In this document: in pieces, positions 59,385 through 64,000 of the stretch
Numbering within the stretch: the first letter of the stretch is position 1
Layout of the letters: each line of letters begins with the position of its first letter
Source of the DNA: an uncultured beta proteobacterium
GTDB taxonomy: Bacteria; Pseudomonadota; Gammaproteobacteria; Burkholderiales; Burkholderiaceae_C
Direction: 5' to 3'
Assembly (NCBI GenBank): GCA_963826695.1
Contig: CAWGXZ010000007.1
Location: 81,757 to 145,756 of the forward strand
DNA: 64,000 nucleotides
Notes under the pieces: generated by a model
Told to the model about the DNA's origin: nothing
Seen by the model: only the letters and a program-made list of their open reading frames with translations
Databases searched by the model: none
Made by a program: the position numbers and the translations under genes

Positions 59385-59642
59385 GGTTCTCCTCTCGAGG
59401 GAATGCGCAGTAGGTTCTGCAAAACGTCCGACCACAAATCGGTAAATGCTGGCAAACCCCGGCTTGAGCAGGTGCTTACCACTGCGGACGATTGTGCCAT
59501 AGGGCCCCCCGGAAACAGCCTTTCAGGCGGCACGGCGGGCCCGGGGCCCCTCTCTGTTGCGCCGGAGCGACATTCGGGCGCCGCATAGAATGCCGGCTTC
59601 CGCGTCCTCGGCCTCGCCAACACGGCGCTTCAGCCGAACCTC

Positions 59643-62288
59643 ATGACCCAGTTCGCCAAAGAAACGCTGCCGATCAGCCTCGAGGAGGAGATGCGGCGGT
59701 CCTATCTCGATTACGCCATGAGCGTCATCGTGGGTCGCGCACTTCCCGACGCGCGCGACGGGCTGAAGCCGGTCCATCGGCGTGTGCTCTTCGCCATGCA
59801 CGAGCTGAGCAACGACTGGAATCGCCCCTACAAGAAGTCGGCGCGTATCGTCGGCGACGTCATCGGCAAGTATCACCCGCACGGCGACAGCGCGGTATAC
59901 GACACGATCGTGCGCATGGCGCAGGATTTCTCGCTGCGCCATATGTTGGTCGACGGCCAAGGCAATTTCGGATCGGTCGACGGCGACAACGCTGCAGCGA
60001 TGCGCTATACCGAGATTCGACTGGCGAAGATTGCCCACGAACTGCTGGCCGACCTCGACAAGGAAACGGTCGATTTCGGACCGAACTACGACGGCTCGGA
60101 AAAGGAGCCGCTGGTCATGCCGACGCGGCTGCCGAACCTGCTGGTCAACGGTTCCGCCGGCATTGCGGTCGGCATGGCGACCAACATTCCGCCGCACAAC
60201 CTCAACGAGGTGGTGGATGCCTGTCAGCACCTCCTTGCTCATCCGCAAGCGTCGATCGACGAGCTGATGGAGATCATCCCAGCGCCTGATTTTCCGACCG
60301 CCGGCATCATCCACGGCCTGTCGGGCGTTCGCGACGGCTACCGCACCGGCCGCGGCCGCGTGGTCATGCGCGCCAAGTGTCATTTCGAAGACATCGACCG
60401 TGGCCAGCGCCAGGCGATCATCGTCGACGAGATTCCTTACCAGGTCAACAAGAAGAACCTGCTCGAGCGGATGGCCGAGCTGGTGCATGAAAAGAAGATC
60501 GAGGGCATCAGCCACATCCAGGACGAGTCCGACAAGTCGGGCATGCGGGTGGTGATCGAACTCAAGCGCGGCGAAGTTCCGGAGGTCGTGCTCAACAACC
60601 TGTACAAGCAGACCCAGCTGCAGGACAGCTTCGGCATCAACATGGTCGCGCTGATCGACAACCAGCCGCGCCTTTGCAACCTGAAGGAGCTGATTGCGAT
60701 CTTCCTGGAGCACCGCCGCGAGGTTGTCACCCGCCGCACGGTGTTCGAGTTGCGCAAGGCGCGCGAGCGTGGCCACGTGCTCGAGGGCCTTGCCGTCGCG
60801 CTGGCCAACATCGACGAGTTCATCGATACGATCAAGACCTCGCCGTCGCCGCCGGTGGCACGCAGCGCGCTGATGGCCAAGAGCTGGGACTCTTCGATGG
60901 TGCGCGAGATGCTCGCCCGCGCCGAAGGCGAGACGGTCGGTGGGCGCGACGCCTACCGGCCGCAGGGGCTGCCGCGCGACTACGGCCTGCAGCCGGACGG
61001 CCTCTACCGTCTCAGCGACGAGCAGGCTGGCGAGATCCTGCAGATGCGGCTGCAGCGCCTGACCGGGCTCGAGCAAGACAAGATCCTCGGCGAGTACCGC
61101 GACGTGATGGCGCAGATCGCCGACTTGCTCGGCATTCTGGCGACGCCCGCGCGGGTCACCGGCATCATCTCCGGCGAGCTGGAGGCAATCAAGCAGGAGT
61201 TCGGCCAAACCAAGGTCGGCGCACGGCGCAGCCATATCGAGGCCAACGCCTTCGACCTCGGTACCGAGGACCTGATCACGCCGGCTGACATGGTCGTGAC
61301 GCTGTCGCACACCGGTTACGTCAAGAGCCAGCCGCTGGCCGAGTACCGGGCGCAAAAACGCGGCGGTCGCGGCAAGCAGGCGACCCAGACGAAGGAAGAC
61401 GACTGGATCGAGCAGCTCTTCATCGCCAACACCCACGACTACATCCTCTGCTTCACCAACCGGGGCCGGGTCTACTGGCTGAAGGTCTGGGAGGTGCCGC
61501 AAGGTTCGCGCAACTCGCGTGGCCGGCCGATCGTCAACATGTTCCCGCTGCTGCCAGGCGAGAAGGTCAACGTGGTGCTGCCGCTGACCGGCGCGGCGCG
61601 CAGCTTTCCGGCCGATCGCTACGTCTTCATGGCGACGGCCAAGGGTGTCGTCAAGAAGACCGGCCTCGACGAATACAGCAACCCCCGCAAGGCGGGGATC
61701 ATTGCCGTCGACCTGGACGAAGGCGACTTCCTGATCGGCGCGGCGCTCACCGACGGCCAGCACGACGTGATGCTGTTCAGCGACGGCGGCAAGGCGGTGC
61801 GCTTCGACGAACAGGATCTGCGGCCAATGGGCCGCAATGCGCGCGGCAACAAGGGAATGAGCCTCGACGACGGGCAGAGCGTGATCGCCATGCTGGTCGC
61901 CGAAGACGAGACCCAGAGCGTGCTGACCGCCACCGCGAACGGCTTCGGCAAGCGCACGCCGATCACCGAATACACCCGGCACGGCCGTGGCACCAAGGGA
62001 ATGATCGCCATCCAGCAGAGCGAGCGCAATGGCAAGGTGGTCGCTGCGACGCTGGTGCGTCCCGACGACGAGATCATGTTGATCACCGATCGCGGCGTGC
62101 TGGTGCGCACCCGCGTCTCGGAGATTCGCGAACTCGGTCGTGCGACGCAGGGTGTGACGCTGATCGCGCTGGACAACGGATCGTCGCTGAGCGGTCTGCA
62201 ACGGATCGTCGAGAACGACGTGAACGACGCCGCCGCAGAAATCGCTGCAAGCCCGGCGGACGAAGCGCCCGATGGAGAGACTGCATGA
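59643..62288 (+). CDS. gyrA: DNA gyrase subunit A
   Basis: [39 protein letters not shown]...[20 protein letters not shown]...AAMRYTE (catalytic Tyr). The C-terminal beta-pinwheel and acidic tail are present. Confidence 0.96.
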   Translation: MTQFAKETLPISLEEEMRRSYLDYAMSVIVGRALPDARDGLKPVHRRVLFAMHELSNDWNRPYKKSARIVGDVIGKYHPHGDSAVYDTIVRMAQDFSLRHMLVDGQGNFGSVDGDNAAAMRYTEIRLAKIAHELLADLDKETVDFGPNYDGSEKEPLVMPTRLPNLLVNGSAGIAVGMATNIPPHNLNEVVDACQHLLAHPQASIDELMEIIPAPDFPTAGIIHGLSGVRDGYRTGRGRVVMRAKCHFEDIDRGQRQAIIVDEIPYQVNKKNLLERMAELVHEKKIEGISHIQDESDKSGMRVVIELKRGEVPEVVLNNLYKQTQLQDSFGINMVALIDNQPRLCNLKELIAIFLEHRREVVTRRTVFELRKARERGHVLEGLAVALANIDEFIDTIKTSPSPPVARSALMAKSWDSSMVREMLARAEGETVGGRDAYRPQGLPRDYGLQPDGLYRLSDEQAGEILQMRLQRLTGLEQDKILGEYRDVMAQIADLLGILATPARVTGIISGELEAIKQEFGQTKVGARRSHIEANAFDLGTEDLITPADMVVTLSHTGYVKSQPLAEYRAQKRGGRGKQATQTKEDDWIEQLFIANTHDYILCFTNRGRVYWLKVWEVPQGSRNSRGRPIVNMFPLLPGEKVNVVLPLTGAARSFPADRYVFMATAKGVVKKTGLDEYSNPRKAGIIAVDLDEGDFLIGAALTDGQHDVMLFSDGGKAVRFDEQDLRPMGRNARGNKGMSLDDGQSVIAMLVAEDETQSVLTATANGFGKRTPITEYTRHGRGTKGMIAIQQSERNGKVVAATLVRPDDEIMLITDRGVLVRTRVSEIRELGRATQGVTLIALDNGSSLSGLQRIVENDVNDAAAEIAASPADEAPDGETA

Positions 62289-62869
62289 ACCGTCCCCTGC
62301 TGCTGGCGCTGCTGCTCGGCGCTGCCGCCGCCGCGCCGGCCCAGCCGGCGCCAAGCAAGAAGGAGATCGTCGCCCGGCTTCTGGAATCGCAGCAGCCGGG
62401 TCTCGAGGCGATGGTCCGCGGGTTGGTCGAACAGCCGGCCGCGGTGCTGACGCAGCAGGCACGCGTCATCCTGCGCGACGAGATTCCCGCCGAGCGCAGG
62501 GCAGCGGTGGCCAAGTCCATCGAAGCCAGCACGAAGAAGTATCTGGATGAAGCCACCCCGCTGCTGCGCGAGCGCGCCACACGCCTGGCTCCAACCACCG
62601 TCGGTGCCGCGCTCGAAGGCCGGATGACCGAAGACGAACTGCGGCAGCTGCTTGCCTGGATCGAGTCGCCGGTGAACAAGAAGTACCAGCAGCTGATGCC
62701 GGGGATCCAGGCCGAGTTCACCAAGGCGCTGATTGCCGACGCCCGGCCCGCCGTCGATGCCAAGCTGCAGACACTCGAACGCAGCATCGGCAGCGCACTC
62801 GGCCTGCCCATGGATGGCGCGGCGACCAGCGAGCGCGCCAAGCCGTCAGCGCGAGGTGGCGCCAAGTGA
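62285..62869 (+). CDS. Secreted hypothetical protein (possibly DUF2059-like)
   Basis: A signal peptide ([21 protein letters not shown]) is followed by a helical, charged body. ATGA overlap with the gyrA stop. The family call is tentative. Confidence 0.55.
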   Translation: MNRPLLLALLLGAAAAAPAQPAPSKKEIVARLLESQQPGLEAMVRGLVEQPAAVLTQQARVILRDEIPAERRAAVAKSIEASTKKYLDEATPLLRERATRLAPTTVGAALEGRMTEDELRQLLAWIESPVNKKYQQLMPGIQAEFTKALIADARPAVDAKLQTLERSIGSALGLPMDGAATSERAKPSARGGAK

Positions 62870-62905
62870 GTTGCAAGCGCGTTTTGCGACGACTGGCGGT
62901 CGGCC

Positions 62906-64000
62906 ATGGCTGAGCCGATCGCGCCGCCGCGCGAGCTTGCCGAACTGCGCGCCGGCATCGACGGCATCGACCGCGAATTGCTGGCGTTGCTCAACCGGCG
63001 CGCTGCCCTTGCCCACGAGGTCGGCGAGCTGAAAAAGCGGGAGGGCTCGGCCGCGTACCGGCCCGAGCGCGAGGCGCAGGTCATCGCCCGGCGGGAAGCT
63101 GACAATCCGGGACCGCTGCTGAAGCGCAGCATCGCACCGATCTGGCGCGAGATCATGTCGGCGTGCCGCGCACTCGAAGCGCCGACACGCGTTGCCTTTC
63201 TCGGGCCGGCAGGCACATTCAGCGAGCAGGCTGCACTGGGCTTCTTCGGCTCGTCGATCGAGCCGATCGACTGTGCCAGCATCGACGAGGTGTTTCGCAC
63301 GGCCACTGCCGGCGGTGCCGACTTCGGCGTCGTTCCGGTCGAAAACTCGACCGAAGGCGTCGTTGCCAGGTCGCTCGACCTGTTCCTGACCACGCCGCTG
63401 ATCATCATTGCCGAGACCAGCCTGCTGGTGCGTCACAACCTGCTGCGCCGCGCCGATGCACCGGCCGAGGTGGCGGCGGTGTGCGCCCATCCACAGGCGC
63501 TCGCACAGTGCCACGCCTGGTTGAGCTTGCATCTGCCAGGTGTCGAGCGCCGTCCCGTCGCCAGCAATGCCGAAGGCGCACGCCTGGCAAGCCTGGACGC
63601 CCGTTTGGCGGGAATCGCCAGCGACCGCGCCGCGAGCCAGTTCGGCCTGCAGCTCGTGGCCCCGGCCATTCAGGACGATGCGCACAACCGCACCCGGTTC
63701 GTGATCGTGGCCCACGGCGACCGGCAGCCCATGCCGGGAGCCACCGGGCGCGACTGCACCAGTCTGATCGTTTCGGTGGCCAACCGGGCCGGTGCGGTGC
63801 ACGACCTGTTGGCGCCGCTGAAAGCCCACGGCGTTTCGTTGAGCCGGTTCGAGTCGCGGCCGGCGCGATCGGGTCAGTGGGAGTACTACTTCCACATGGA
63901 TCTGCAGGGGCATTGCGACGATCCGGCAGTGGCCGCGGCGCTGATCGAATTGCGCGCGGCGTGTGCGTTCTTCAAGCTGCTCGGCAGCTATCCGGTCGAC
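62906..64000 (+). CDS. pheA: Bifunctional chorismate mutase/prephenate dehydratase (P-protein); 3' end cut by the window edge
   Basis: Hand translation from ATG 62906: MAEPIAPPRELAELRAGIDGIDRELLALLNRRAALAHEVGELK (CM_2 domain)...VAFLGPAGTFSEQAA...VPVENSTEGVV...TRFVIV...SRPARSGQWEYYFHMDL (ACT domain). It is missing from the ORF track because no stop lies in the window. Confidence 0.9.
   Translation, partial: MAEPIAPPRELAELRAGIDGIDRELLALLNRRAALAHEVGELKKREGSAAYRPEREAQVIARREADNPGPLLKRSIAPIWREIMSACRALEAPTRVAFLGPAGTFSEQAALGFFGSSIEPIDCASIDEVFRTATAGGADFGVVPVENSTEGVVARSLDLFLTTPLIIIAETSLLVRHNLLRRADAPAEVAAVCAHPQALAQCHAWLSLHLPGVERRPVASNAEGARLASLDARLAGIASDRAASQFGLQLVAPAIQDDAHNRTRFVIVAHGDRQPMPGATGRDCTSLIVSVANRAGAVHDLLAPLKAHGVSLSRFESRPARSGQWEYYFHMDLQGHCDDPAVAAALIELRAACAFFKLLGSYPVD

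Overview
GC-rich chromosomal segment with betaproteobacterial-type gene content and synteny (Rhodocyclales/Burkholderiales-like; the taxon call is inference). It reads as densely packed core genome. I can support about 56 protein-coding genes, one tRNA-Val(CAC), one tmRNA (ssrA), three rho-independent terminators and a few candidate regulatory sites. I found no transposase, integrase, prophage, CRISPR array or recognisable defence or toxin-antitoxin module.

Functional blocks, left to right:
- a glycine-zipper tandem-repeat gene, then uppP
- a pcm-like methyltransferase, a rhodanese and tolC
- LPS core genes (waaA, waaC) and a phosphomannomutase/phosphoglucomutase
- a split GGDEF gene
- the N-end-rule transferases aat and bpt
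- trehalose genes otsB and otsA
- dnaQ, lgt, ilvD and an ABC exporter
- a complete propionyl-CoA to succinyl-CoA operon (mutase, meaB, pccB, pccA, epimerase)
- a lone aceE and folA
- glnA, a DUF4124 gene, ntrB and ntrC
- a seven-gene co-directional cluster of poorly characterised envelope or lipid-type proteins
- the polyphosphate locus (ppx, sixA, ppk1)
- dsbC, a ubiH-family gene and ychF
- a MASE1-CHASE-PAS hybrid kinase, then rpoH and ssrA
- gph, ubiG, an ompA-family gene, gyrA and pheA

Two real genes are missing from the supplied ORF track because they run off the window edges: the minus-strand repeat gene at 1..1399 and pheA at 62906..64000. Many long ORFs in the track are GC-rich shadow frames or fusions of a real gene with upstream junk. 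I trimmed starts accordingly, and several of those starts are GTG or TTG.

The observations most worth a second look are:
- ppx, where about 120 nt are read out of frame and the conserved GSSGT motif lies in another frame
- the exact 180-bp-period glycine-zipper repeat gene
- a GGDEF gene whose frame switches inside a transmembrane helix
- otsA fused to a 2-TM sensor-like N-terminus
- the tightly coupled uncharacterised cluster at 38335..44743

I see no clear-cut novel system, and interest scores are set accordingly.
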